A stretch of DNA of 64,000 nt from NCBI GenBank assembly GCA_029565065.1, contig JAKQOW010000018.1, positions 4,043 through 68,042 of the forward strand, read 5' to 3'. This DNA comes from Acidobacteriota bacterium (GTDB lineage Bacteria > Acidobacteriota > JAAYUB01). Of the stretch, positions 8,662 through 18,123 are shown one piece after another. The notes below the pieces were generated by a model that saw only the letters and a program-made list of their open reading frames with translations, was not told where the DNA came from and made no database searches. A program made the translations under genes and the position numbers. Every line of letters begins with the position of its first letter. Position 1 is the first letter of the stretch.

Positions 8662-10245
8662 GTGCGCCAGTTTTTCCGCAGCCGGATGTTCCCCATCGCC
8701 AGCGGCATCGTGTTGTTTTCCACGATCACCATCGGCATTCTTACCTTCCGATATGTCGCCGAAAAGGAAAGCCTGCTGGAAATCACCCTCTTGCAGAGCA
8801 ATCTCAGCATGGTCCGCCAGACCCTCAACCGGATCGAGCTGAACGTCTCCGCCCAGGACCAGAAGCTGTACACGTTTCTGACATCGAGTTCCTTGCCGGA
8901 GCTCCAGCTGCGACTGGCCAACGCCCCGGCTGACCCCGTCCCGCTGATCCGCCAGATCTACCTGCTCGACGACCAGTGGAACGTGTACTTCCCGGCTGAC
9001 CGGCAACGGGAGAACGCCCGCTGGTTCCGGCGTCGTGTCCTGAGCACCACCGACACGGGCGCGCTGCTCCCGCTCAGCATCCAACACCTCCACACCGCCA
9101 TCGACGGGCGGTACTACCTGTTCTCCCTGCTGCCGTTCACTCTGGCCGGCGACGACCGCCGCTTTCTGCTGGTCCAGGAATACCGCGGGGACGATCTGGA
9201 TGTGTTTTTCGGCGCCTCCATCCGCGACCTCGAACGCAACTATGTGGTCTGCATCCGGGATTACGAAAACAACCTCATTTTCGGCACCCCGTTTCAGGTG
9301 TCGCGGAAGTATTTCGTCGAGCAGCGCTTCCCGAAAACCTTCTACAAATGGCTGTTCCAGCTGGCGCCCCGCAACGCCGACCAGCTCGAGCAGGAGGCCC
9401 ATGGCATCCGGAGCCAGAACATCCTCCTGCTGGCCATCAACCTGGTGCTGATCCTGTCGGCCTGGTTCCTGGTCTATGTGAGCCGGCGCGAGGAACAGAA
9501 ACTCACGCAGCAGAAAGAGGTGTTCATCCGCAACGTCTCCCACGAGCTGAAGACGCCGCTGGCTCTGATCAAGATGTTCAGCGAGATCCTGCTCATGGGC
9601 CGGGGCCGCGATGAGACCACCCGTCAGGAATACCTGTCGGTGATTTTCGCCGAAACCGAGCGGATGACCCACCTGATCAACAACGTGCTGGACCTGGCCA
9701 ACCTGGAGAACGGGTTGCAGAAGTTCAGCTTCGAGGACCTGCGCCTCGACCAGGTGGTGCCCCGCCATCTGGAGGCGTTCGACTACCGGATGAAAAAGGA
9801 GAAAGTGGAACTCCAGGTCGACGCGGAGCCCGGACTCCCCATGATCCGCGGCGACGCCAACGCGCTGGCCCTGATCCTGCTCAACCTTCTGGACAACGCC
9901 ATCAAGTATTCCGCCAACAAGTCCCGGCGCGTCCGGATCCGGATTTTTCACGAACCGCCCCATGTGTGCCTGGAGGTGCGGGACGAGGGGATCGGCATCG
10001 CCCCGGAGGATTTGCCCAGCATCTTCAACAAGTTTTACCGCAGCGACAACATCGCGGTCCGCCGGGTCCGCGGCAGCGGCATCGGCTTGAGCCTGGTCAA
10101 GTATCTGGTGGAGGCGCACGGCGGCGAGATCCATGTGGACAGCGCCGTCGGTGAAGGTTCGGTGTTTGTCATCCGCTTCCCCGCCCGGGTGGAAGCACCG
10201 CCATCCGTCAACGAAACGGACGGGGCCGCTCCCCATCGGTCGTGA
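8662..10245 (+). CDS. membrane sensor histidine kinase (HisKA + HATPase_c)
   Basis: N-terminal TM, second TM around residue 250; H-box IRNVSHELKTPLALI; N/G boxes LLNLLDNAIKYS, GSGIGLSLVKYLVEAHGG. No response regulator adjacent. Confidence 0.85.
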   Translation: MRQFFRSRMFPIASGIVLFSTITIGILTFRYVAEKESLLEITLLQSNLSMVRQTLNRIELNVSAQDQKLYTFLTSSSLPELQLRLANAPADPVPLIRQIYLLDDQWNVYFPADRQRENARWFRRRVLSTTDTGALLPLSIQHLHTAIDGRYYLFSLLPFTLAGDDRRFLLVQEYRGDDLDVFFGASIRDLERNYVVCIRDYENNLIFGTPFQVSRKYFVEQRFPKTFYKWLFQLAPRNADQLEQEAHGIRSQNILLLAINLVLILSAWFLVYVSRREEQKLTQQKEVFIRNVSHELKTPLALIKMFSEILLMGRGRDETTRQEYLSVIFAETERMTHLINNVLDLANLENGLQKFSFEDLRLDQVVPRHLEAFDYRMKKEKVELQVDAEPGLPMIRGDANALALILLNLLDNAIKYSANKSRRVRIRIFHEPPHVCLEVRDEGIGIAPEDLPSIFNKFYRSDNIAVRRVRGSGIGLSLVKYLVEAHGGEIHVDSAVGEGSVFVIRFPARVEAPPSVNETDGAAPHRS

Positions 10246-10260
10246 GCGGAGGCGGATTCC

Positions 10261-10533
10261 TCAGTTCCGCTGCTTCATGTAAAAGCCGTAACTGAGCTTG
10301 ATCAGCGTCTCGCGAAGACTGCGGGGCGGGTCGAAATGTTCCTGCTCCAGAAGGAAGCGGAAGCGCTCCAGGAACTGTTGCTCCATGACCGGGCTGGAGC
10401 GGGCGTCCCGGCCCAGGAGCGAGTCATAGTAGCGGATGGAGTCCTGAAAGAGCACATCGAACGGAGCGATCTTTTCACCCAACTCCGCTTCGAGTTCGTT
10501 ATAAGAGGATGGCAGGACACGTACATCGCTCAT
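10261..10533 (-). CDS. hypothetical small protein (90 aa)
   Basis: ORF only; sits between the HK and the AmpG operon. Confidence 0.3.
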   Translation of the reverse strand: MSDVRVLPSSYNELEAELGEKIAPFDVLFQDSIRYYDSLLGRDARSSPVMEQQFLERFRFLLEQEHFDPPRSLRETLIKLSYGFYMKQRN

Positions 10534-10566
10534 GGCCCCTCATTATAGTGGGCGGTTCGCGCCGAT

Positions 10567-12198
10567 TCAACGCTTTTCCGGGCGTTTGCCGGCCAGATCG
10601 GCAGCCGACGAGCCATCCAGGTAGGGGAGAAACAGGAGCAGCCCCATACTGGGCACCGTGGCCAGGAAGGTGAAGCCGAAAAAGATCGGATAGCCCAACC
10701 AGCCGGCCAGGATCCCCGAGAAGATGCCGGCGGAGGTGGCGCCCACCGTCATGATGCTCGTGGCGATGGCCATGTGGGCGGCCTTGTAGCTGGGCTTGCA
10801 GGTCCGCATGATGAACACCATGAAGGCGGCGGTGCCCATGCCCGCCCCGAACGCTTCCAGGATGATGAGCGCCGCCACGAGATTACGGTCGGGAAACCAG
10901 ACCGCGGGACTGAGCGCCATCGCCGTCAGCTGCCGCGCCCACACGAACGGCGCCTGGTACAGGTCGGACGCCAGCGCCAGCGACAGTTGCCAGCGGTTGG
11001 TGCATTGCGGGACGTAGTGCCAGGCCATGAACATGTACAGCAGGTTGAGCAGGTTCTGACTCAGGGCGCACGGCCAGATCATCCGGCGCAGACCGAATCG
11101 GGCGATGAGCCCGCCCGCGAGCAATCCGCCGATGATCGAAGCGATGATGCCGAAGGTTCCGTAAATCAATCCGTACTGAGCCCGGGTGACGCCGGCATCG
11201 CTGAGGAACGGATAGGCCATGTTCAGAAGGAACGATTCGCCGGCCCGCCAGAGAACAATCGCCGTCAGGATGATGCCCACTTTGGGCTGGTCGAGGTAGT
11301 CGACAAACGCCAGCGCGTAAAACGAGTCGGACGCATACAGCCGCCGCTTGAACCGCTTGAGGTTCAGCGCCAGCCCCAGCATGGTGAGCAACAGCACCAG
11401 ACTCACCAGACCGGCCGATCCCAGTCTGTCCAGGACCGCCTGACATCCGGCCGCCGGTGCATCGAGCCAACCGAGCCGGCCCATCCCGAGGACGGCCAGG
11501 ATCGCCAGCAGCACTCCCGCCACCGTCCGCTGCACGGCGGCCCGGCGCACGAGCAGGCCCAGCTCGGCCATAGACCGCCGAGGCTGCTCCGCCCGCGGCA
11601 GACAGCGCGAATGGATCAGCCAGAGCAGGAGCAGGACGACTGCGGCGACGCCGAACGCCGTGGTCCAGTTGGTGTAGCCGGAGAGGGTGACGATCCCACC
11701 TCCGCCGGCGACCATGGCCAGCCGGTAGCTCATCGCCTGGAAACCCACGAAGCGCGCCTGCTCCTTTCGATCCAACGCCTCCAGGTAAAAGCCGTCGATG
11801 GCGATGTCATGGGTGGCCGACAGCAGGGCCGTCAGCAAGAACAAGCCGGCGACGATGTCCAGCGCCCGGGGGGTGGCGGCGCCCAAGGCCATGACGGCCG
11901 TGGCAACGGCCAGGGCCAGCTCGGCGGCGAGCAGCCAGCGCCGTTTGGTGGCGAACTGGTCGACGAACGGTGACCACAGAAATTTGAGGGTCCAAGGCAA
12001 ACCGTAGAGCGAGGTCAGGCCGATGGCCTGCAGGCTGGCGCCGCTGTCCTTGAAAAACACCGTGGAGACCAGCCGGACCACGCTGTAGGGAAATCCTTCC
12101 GCGAAGTACAGCGTGACGACCCAGAGCCGTTTCCACCAGGGGATCGGCATAACCGACGCCGCGGAAGATTCCGATGCGGCCAGCGGCTCACTCATCAT
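10567..12198 (-). CDS. ampG: MFS permease, AmpG-like muropeptide transporter family
   Basis: 543 aa, polytopic; N-terminus LWVVTLYFAEGFPYSVV resembles the AmpG LYFSQGLP signature. Abuts the stop of the upstream OMP gene. Confidence 0.55.
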   Translation of the reverse strand: MMSEPLAASESSAASVMPIPWWKRLWVVTLYFAEGFPYSVVRLVSTVFFKDSGASLQAIGLTSLYGLPWTLKFLWSPFVDQFATKRRWLLAAELALAVATAVMALGAATPRALDIVAGLFLLTALLSATHDIAIDGFYLEALDRKEQARFVGFQAMSYRLAMVAGGGGIVTLSGYTNWTTAFGVAAVVLLLLWLIHSRCLPRAEQPRRSMAELGLLVRRAAVQRTVAGVLLAILAVLGMGRLGWLDAPAAGCQAVLDRLGSAGLVSLVLLLTMLGLALNLKRFKRRLYASDSFYALAFVDYLDQPKVGIILTAIVLWRAGESFLLNMAYPFLSDAGVTRAQYGLIYGTFGIIASIIGGLLAGGLIARFGLRRMIWPCALSQNLLNLLYMFMAWHYVPQCTNRWQLSLALASDLYQAPFVWARQLTAMALSPAVWFPDRNLVAALIILEAFGAGMGTAAFMVFIMRTCKPSYKAAHMAIATSIMTVGATSAGIFSGILAGWLGYPIFFGFTFLATVPSMGLLLFLPYLDGSSAADLAGKRPEKR

Positions 12199-13527
12199 TT
12201 AGTTCCACGCGAACACGCCTTTGATCGTGTAGATGACTTCGAACCGGAAAAAATATCCCGGCGACGAGCCGTCGTAGAAGTCGCCCGGCCAGAATCGCTC
12301 GTAGACCACGTGTCCCCGCCAGCTCTCGGCGGGGATGATGTCCACGCGAATCTGGAACATGTCACCGCGATTCGTGCCGCCGGCGAACACTGTCGGATTG
12401 CCCGGATAGGGGTGAGAGGCGCCCAGATGGTAATACGATACGCGGCCCTTGGCCCACGGCCGGGGGGCCACGGTCGCCTCCGCGTGCCACATGCGGGTAT
12501 TCGTCCAATAAGCCAGGCCTTTCTCCGGTAACTGGCTGTAGATGTACAATTCGCTCCACTTGGGCCAGCGGTTGAACAGCGGATCCCAGTTTTCATTCGC
12601 CGGAGTCGTCGGATCGTCGCCGGAGAAGCCCCAGTAGCCGAACTGGGCGGTGGGCTTCCAGTCGTGGGTGAAGGCTTTCTTCACGTAGGCGTATCCGCCC
12701 ATCGCCCGGATCGGCGTGTCGGGATGCTGGCCGCCCCACTGGCCGGCCAGTTCGCCGGCCGCCGACCAGCCGCCGCCCACCGTCTGCTCCAACCGGCCGC
12801 CGAGGGTGTGCACCCGTCGCTCCGGTTGGTACTGCGGATGACTGGGATCCCGGGTGTCGCCGGATTCCTTCTTGTAGAAGTAGTACGCGTCGAGGCTCTG
12901 GCCGCGGCGGGTCCGATCGGTCGCATAGACACCGATCGCCTCCTCGTCCCACTCGATGAGGGTTTTGTGCTTGTCGTTGATCCGCGGCAGATAGATGTCG
13001 TGGTCCGGATTGGAAATGCCGATGAGTTCCAGCTTCAGGTCCTGGACCGGTGACCACGTGATGTCCACCGCGTTGAAGTAGGCGGTGCGAGAGCCGTCCA
13101 GGGGATTCCCCTCGATGAAGAGAAATCCTTCTCCCCGCACCAGGTTCTGCCGCCCCGCCTTGACCGACCACTGCCGATTGAGTGCCAGATCCAGGTATAG
13201 GTTCTCGAAGATGATCTCGTCGAACTTGAGCGGCGTGTCGGGTTCGGTGGTCTTGCGCGTCTCGTTGTTGAGCCCGAGGTAGAGTTCGGCGCGCTGGCCG
13301 AGGTTCAGCCGGGCCCAGAGGCGGGAACGAAACCGCCACCACCGGCGGGCGTCCGGGTTGTCCGCCGCCCAATCGTTCAGGTTGTCCATGTTCTCCGAGC
13401 GGACGCGTTCCTCGAAGCCGATCTCGACGCGGGTGGCGTCCGGATCGGCGGCTGGCTGGGGATCAGCGGCGCCAACCGTCCCGAGCAGAAGGGCGATAAC
13501 GATCAGGCAATACAATGACCGGATCAA
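12199..13527 (-). CDS. outer-membrane beta-barrel protein, alginate-export/porin-like (442 aa)
   Basis: Start re-set to TTG at 13527 preceded by AAGGAG RBS, giving signal peptide MIRSLYCLIVIALLLGTVGAADP. Sequence has the alternating aromatic/G-rich beta-strand pattern. The ORF-track start at 13641 is an extension. Confidence 0.5.
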   Translation of the reverse strand: MIRSLYCLIVIALLLGTVGAADPQPAADPDATRVEIGFEERVRSENMDNLNDWAADNPDARRWWRFRSRLWARLNLGQRAELYLGLNNETRKTTEPDTPLKFDEIIFENLYLDLALNRQWSVKAGRQNLVRGEGFLFIEGNPLDGSRTAYFNAVDITWSPVQDLKLELIGISNPDHDIYLPRINDKHKTLIEWDEEAIGVYATDRTRRGQSLDAYYFYKKESGDTRDPSHPQYQPERRVHTLGGRLEQTVGGGWSAAGELAGQWGGQHPDTPIRAMGGYAYVKKAFTHDWKPTAQFGYWGFSGDDPTTPANENWDPLFNRWPKWSELYIYSQLPEKGLAYWTNTRMWHAEATVAPRPWAKGRVSYYHLGASHPYPGNPTVFAGGTNRGDMFQIRVDIIPAESWRGHVVYERFWPGDFYDGSSPGYFFRFEVIYTIKGVFAWN

Positions 13528-13732
13528 GGTGATCTCCTTGGATGGGCGGGTCAGAAGCACTCCGCTCGCTGCCCCCGGATGGAGCACAGCACCGATGAAA
13601 TTGGCATCATACCCAAAGCCGGCACAAAAGAAAAGGTTCACCTGCGCCGCCTCGTCGCCCGGCGTCGTCCGAACGGCGCCGCAGCGGCCGGAGGTCGTTC
13701 CGCATGGCTGTTTTCACCCGGCCTGTGGCATA

Positions 13733-14617
13733 ATGGACGCGCCATTACGACCGCAGGAGCAGACCGGCGCCGTGATCGCCTGCCGAAACATGACCGAGGC
13801 GGATCTCCCCGCCGCAGTAAGGATCATCAACGAGTCGTATCATGATTTCCCCATCCGGACCGCGTTCAGCGCCTGGGGATTGGGTCACACCCTCGTCCCG
13901 CAGTATGGCCTCGACCTGGCGCGCAGCTTCATCGCGGAGGCGGATGGCGAGATCGCCGGGGTGCTGCTGCTGGCAATCGACGGCGACGCGCGCGAGTCGT
14001 TCGTCTTCGGTTGGAATGTGCCGCCCCGGTTTCACCGCCTGCGGGTGGGTTTCGAGCTCGAGAAGTGCTTCACCCGCCAGCACCTGGAGCTGGGGGTGCG
14101 GATCAGCTGGGCGTTCGTGGCTCACTTCCGCCGAGCCCACCGCTACCGGGCGGTGCGCTTCCGGGAGACCCGGTCGCTGTATTGCCTGGACGTGCCGGCC
14201 CCTTCCCCCGCGGCCAATTCGGGGATCGAAGTCAGACCTTGCACACTGGCGGAGTTGGAGCCGCACTATCGCGCCGATCCGCCGGCGGAGCCGGCGCCCT
14301 GGATTCAGCGGTGGCGCCAAATCGCCCGCTGCGGCCCGCTGCCGGCCTGGCGAATGGCGCTGGCCTGGCAAGGGACGGATGTGGTGGGTTGGGGAATCTG
14401 GCGGGCGGAGCTTTTTCTGACCGTCGTGCAGGCGCTCCGGTTCCGGGAGCCGGCGGCTGGCCGCGCCCTGCTCGTCGCGGCAGGCGGTCCCAACAAACGC
14501 CCCCTCCATCTGCCGTACGTGCCGGCCGGGGAGCCGCTATACGCAATGCTTCAGGAACTCGGCGCCACCACGGCCCTGGAGTACCGGGAGATCCGGCGCG
14601 ATTTCCCCGTCGCCTGA
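13733..14617 (+). CDS. hypothetical protein, possible GNAT-fold acyltransferase (294 aa)
   Basis: IAEADGEIAGVLLL... pattern reminiscent of the GNAT beta4-alpha3 region. Start chosen at the first ATG (13733) downstream of the convergent OMP gene; the ORF-track start at 13358 overlaps the OMP gene. Confidence 0.4.
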   Translation: MDAPLRPQEQTGAVIACRNMTEADLPAAVRIINESYHDFPIRTAFSAWGLGHTLVPQYGLDLARSFIAEADGEIAGVLLLAIDGDARESFVFGWNVPPRFHRLRVGFELEKCFTRQHLELGVRISWAFVAHFRRAHRYRAVRFRETRSLYCLDVPAPSPAANSGIEVRPCTLAELEPHYRADPPAEPAPWIQRWRQIARCGPLPAWRMALAWQGTDVVGWGIWRAELFLTVVQALRFREPAAGRALLVAAGGPNKRPLHLPYVPAGEPLYAMLQELGATTALEYREIRRDFPVA

Positions 14618-14679
14618 CCACCCGCCGCCGGCCTGTGATTCATCATCGGCGGATGGATCGGGCAGGAAAGGCCGGTGGG

Positions 14680-15777
14680 TCAGGATTGCAGACGCTGGCC
14701 GTACTGCCGGTCGTAGTACGACCGGTATTCGCCGGAGGTGACTTGCCGGCACCATTCACGGTGTTCGGCATACCAGCGGACCGTCTCCCGCAGGCCGTCG
14801 GCCAGGGATACTTCCGGCCGCCAGCCCAGTTCGCCGCCGATGCGGCGCCAGTCGATGGCGTAGCGCAGGTCATGTCCCGGTCGATCCGTCACGAAGGTGA
14901 TCAGGTCCCGGCAACGGGCGACACCGGACGCCCGCAGGTCCAGCTCGTCCACCAGGTCGCACAACAAGCCGACGACTTCGATGTTCCGGCGCTCTCCGTC
15001 GCCACCCACGTTGTAGGTCGCGCCGACTTGCCCGCACCTGAGGATCCGGTCCACCGCGACACAGTGGTCCCGAACGTGCAGCCAGTCCCGGACATTCTCG
15101 CCTCGGCCGTACACCGGGAGGGGCCGCCCCTCCAGACAGTTGAGGATCACCAGCGGGATGAGTTTTTCCGGAAACTGCCATGGGCCGTAATTGTTGGAAC
15201 AGTTGCTCAGCGTGACCGGCAGGTCGTACGTCCGGTGCCAGGCGCGAACCAGGTGGTCGCTGGCCGCCTTTGACGCCGAGTAGGGACTGGATGGGTCGTA
15301 GGGCGTCGTCTCGGTGAAGCGGCCGTCGGGACCGAGGCTGCCGAACACCTCGTCGGTGGACACATGGTGAAAGCGGACGTCGCGCCGCCCCGACCACGCC
15401 TTCCGGCACGCTTCCAGCAGCCGGAACGTGCCCAGCACGTTCGTGGTCAGGAAGACTTCCGGGCCCAGGATGGAACGGTCCACGTGGCTCTCGGCGGCGA
15501 AGTGGACGACGCTGTCGATCTGCGCGTCGGCGAGCAGTCCCGCTACCCGGTCAAAATCGCCGATGTCGCTCCGGATAAAGTGATAACGGCTGTCGCCGCC
15601 CGGCCCGAAGCGGGCCTCCACATCGGACAGGCTCGCGAGATTGCCGGCGTATGTAAGTGCGTCCAGGTTCCAGATCCGGATCGCGGGGTCTGACTCCAGC
15701 AAATGGCGCACGAAGTTGCCGCCGATGAAACCGGCGCCACCCGTCACCAGCACGCGGCGGGGCTCAAACGAACTCAT
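14680..15777 (-). CDS. rfbB: dTDP-glucose 4,6-dehydratase
   Basis: 365 aa; VLVTGGAGFIGGNFVRHLL, YSASKAASDHLVRAW (YxxxK), typical RmlB. Confidence 0.9.
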   Translation of the reverse strand: MSSFEPRRVLVTGGAGFIGGNFVRHLLESDPAIRIWNLDALTYAGNLASLSDVEARFGPGGDSRYHFIRSDIGDFDRVAGLLADAQIDSVVHFAAESHVDRSILGPEVFLTTNVLGTFRLLEACRKAWSGRRDVRFHHVSTDEVFGSLGPDGRFTETTPYDPSSPYSASKAASDHLVRAWHRTYDLPVTLSNCSNNYGPWQFPEKLIPLVILNCLEGRPLPVYGRGENVRDWLHVRDHCVAVDRILRCGQVGATYNVGGDGERRNIEVVGLLCDLVDELDLRASGVARCRDLITFVTDRPGHDLRYAIDWRRIGGELGWRPEVSLADGLRETVRWYAEHREWCRQVTSGEYRSYYDRQYGQRLQS

Positions 15778-16630
15778 TGCGGTTCTCCCGGATCCAGAGC
15801 TTCAGGGCCTCCTGCCAGGTGGGCAGGGGTGCGTAGCCCTCCAAGCGGAGGACCATGTTGTCCAGGGTGGAGTTCCGCGGCCGGTTGGCGGGCCGGGGGA
15901 CATCCTCGGTGGCGCAGGGTACGATCTCGCCCGGCAGGAGGAGGCCAAATTGAATTTCGCAGGCGAACTCGTACCACGACACCGCTCCTTCGCACCCGCC
16001 GTGGACGATGCCGGGTATCGGCTCCCGGATCAGGCGGTGGACCAGATCGGCCAGCACCCGGGTGGATGTGGGATTCCCCCGCTGGTCGGCGACCACCCGA
16101 ACGGGCTGCGAACTGCCCACCGACTGGAGCAGTTGGCGGATGATCGTCCGGGGAAAGCACGGGCCGGTGTTGGCGTACAGCCACGCCGTCCGGACAATGG
16201 TGTGCCGCCGGCAGCAGGCGGTCACGGCCCGCTCACCGGCCAGCTTGGATTGCCCGTAGACGTTGATGGGCGCCGGGGGGTCAAACTCATGGTAGGCCCG
16301 GCCCAGGCGGCCGGAGAACACGTAATCGGTCGACAGCGCGATCAGCCATGCCCCCGCCTCCTCCGCGGCCATGGCCACGTTGCGGCTGCCGATGGCGTTC
16401 ACGGCGAAGGCCGAGTCGACATCCTGCTCGGCGCCATCCACGTCGGTGAAGGCGGCGGCATGGACCACCACCTGCGGCTTGATCCTGCGCACCGCGTCGC
16501 GCACGACGCCCAGATTGCGGATGTCGCACGTCTCCCAGGTCAGAGGGAAGAGCTCGTAATGCTGGCCGAGCCAGGTGATGAAATCGCGTCCGAAGCGGCC
16601 CTCGGCGCCGGTGAGCAGCACCTTCTTCAT
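15764..16630 (-). CDS. rfbD: dTDP-4-dehydrorhamnose reductase (288 aa)
   Basis: MKKVLLTGAEGRFGRD...; start re-set to ATG 16630 with GGAGGAGG RBS. The ORF-track extension to 16876 is a GC-rich artifact. ATGA overlap with rfbC. Confidence 0.85.
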   Translation of the reverse strand: MKKVLLTGAEGRFGRDFITWLGQHYELFPLTWETCDIRNLGVVRDAVRRIKPQVVVHAAAFTDVDGAEQDVDSAFAVNAIGSRNVAMAAEEAGAWLIALSTDYVFSGRLGRAYHEFDPPAPINVYGQSKLAGERAVTACCRRHTIVRTAWLYANTGPCFPRTIIRQLLQSVGSSQPVRVVADQRGNPTSTRVLADLVHRLIREPIPGIVHGGCEGAVSWYEFACEIQFGLLLPGEIVPCATEDVPRPANRPRNSTLDNMVLRLEGYAPLPTWQEALKLWIRENRNEFV

Positions 16631-17115
16631 GGCGCCTCCTCCAGGCGGTACGGGCTGCGGGGATCCTCCTCGTGCCGGATCTCGTCCACCGGCTCCCGGC
16701 GCTCGGGCCCCTTGAAGAGCGCATTGGGCAGATTGATGACCAGGCCGTCGGCCGGACCCATGTTCTGGTAGGCGTGCACGACCCCCGGCGGCACGATCAC
16801 CACGGCCGGCGCGTCCGCACCGGCGAGGACGACCTGGCGGCAGCCGCAGGTGGGGGATTCCGGCCGCGTGTCCCACAGGTGAACGCGGAACATCCCGGGG
16901 CCGGGAAAGCAGAAAAAGTCGGTCTGGTCGCGGTGTTCGTGCGGTCCCCGCGTCACGCCGGGGTGCGTGACCGAGACGTAGCCCATCACCGGCAGGCGTT
17001 CCGGCGCCTCCGTGTCGCTGCGGAATATCTCGGCCAGCCAGCCACGCGGATCCTCAAACCGTCTGAGCGGTCGGAACTCGACCCCGGCGATGGCGCCATT
17101 TCGCCAATTCGTCAT
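16627..17115 (-). CDS. rfbC: dTDP-4-dehydrorhamnose 3,5-epimerase
   Basis: 162 aa cupin; FEDPRGWLAEIFR, HPGVTRGPHEH motif region. Confidence 0.85.
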   Translation of the reverse strand: MTNWRNGAIAGVEFRPLRRFEDPRGWLAEIFRSDTEAPERLPVMGYVSVTHPGVTRGPHEHRDQTDFFCFPGPGMFRVHLWDTRPESPTCGCRQVVLAGADAPAVVIVPPGVVHAYQNMGPADGLVINLPNALFKGPERREPVDEIRHEEDPRSPYRLEEAP

Positions 17116-17843
17116 GAGCCGGCCTCCCGGCTCTGCACCAGCTGGCTGGCCCGGTCCAGGCTCTCGAATGTCCCGGCGTCAGTCCACCAGCCGTGGAAAA
17201 ACTTGGCGAACAGCTGGCTGCGCTGGATGTATGCGTTGTTGACGTCGGTGATCTCGTACTCCCCCCGCGCTGACGGCTTCAGCGTACGGATGATCTCGAA
17301 CACCCGGTTGTCGTAATAATAGACGCCGGTCACGGCATAGGGGCTTTTAGGCTGGGTCGGTTTCTCCTCGATGCCGGTCACCCGGTCGCCGCTGAGCTCG
17401 GCCACGCCGAACCGCTCCGGGTCGGATACCTCCTTCAGGATGATCATCGCGCCGCCGGGCTTGGCCATATACGCGCGGGTATACTCGCTCAGGTCGTCCT
17501 CAAATATGTTGTCGCCCAGGATCACCAGGAGGCGGCTGCCGGCCGCGAAGTTCTCGGCCAGCGCCAGCGCCTGGGCGATGCCGCCCGCCTCGTCCTGCAC
17601 CTTGTAGGTGAATCGGCAGCCAAACTCGCGACCGCTCCCCAACAGATTGACGACGTCACCCATGTGCTCGGTGCCGGTGACCACCAGGATCTCCGCAATC
17701 CCCGCTTCGGTCATCTTGTGGATGGGGTGGTAGATCATCGGCTCCCGCCCCACCGGCAGGAGGTGCTTGTTGGTGACCTTGGTCAGGGGAAACAGCCGGC
17801 TGCCGGTTCCGCCGGCCAGGACGATCCCTTTGAGTGTCTCCAT
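17112..17843 (-). CDS. rfbA: glucose-1-phosphate thymidylyltransferase, short form (243 aa)
   Basis: METLKGIVLAGGTGSRLFPLTKVTNKHLLPV...; start re-set to ATG 17843; overlaps rfbC by 4 nt. Confidence 0.8.
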   Translation of the reverse strand: METLKGIVLAGGTGSRLFPLTKVTNKHLLPVGREPMIYHPIHKMTEAGIAEILVVTGTEHMGDVVNLLGSGREFGCRFTYKVQDEAGGIAQALALAENFAAGSRLLVILGDNIFEDDLSEYTRAYMAKPGGAMIILKEVSDPERFGVAELSGDRVTGIEEKPTQPKSPYAVTGVYYYDNRVFEIIRTLKPSARGEYEITDVNNAYIQRSQLFAKFFHGWWTDAGTFESLDRASQLVQSREAGS

Positions 17844-18123
17844 GTCGCGCTCCCGTGCGCCCGGCAGGCGCCTCCAAAAGGCGCGCGCTGTCGGGGATTT
17901 TGGCGGAATCACCTTATCATGAGTACCGCCGGGTCACAAGTCCCGAGTGGGCGGAATCGCCTGGTGCAGAAGCGGCTGTGATGCTGCTGGCGCTTGAATC
18001 CGCAAATCCGGACCTGGCGGAGCGCGGCCACCGGACGAAACCCGGACGGCCAACCACAGGGAGGCGAGGTTCCGGGAATTTTAACTTTGTCCCTTATCGA
18101 TTATGTGTTAAAAAAAACTGTTT

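Noticed and set aside
16631-16876. N-terminal extensions of rfbD (to 16876), rfbA (to 17912), bshC (to 7946), groES (to 4169), nifU (to 27899), FmdB (to 28513), the FecR-like gene (to 40825) and the OMP (to 13641)
   Set aside because: The extensions are low-complexity or translate AT-rich promoter DNA, overlap upstream genes, and internal starts with RBS restore canonical N-termini matching homologues.
17844-18123. ORFs 17834..18751 (+) and 17994..18305 (+) in the rfbA/mazG divergent region
   Set aside because: R/P/G-rich artifact translations overlapping mazG in another frame. The region is a divergent promoter area ending in an AT-rich mazG leader.
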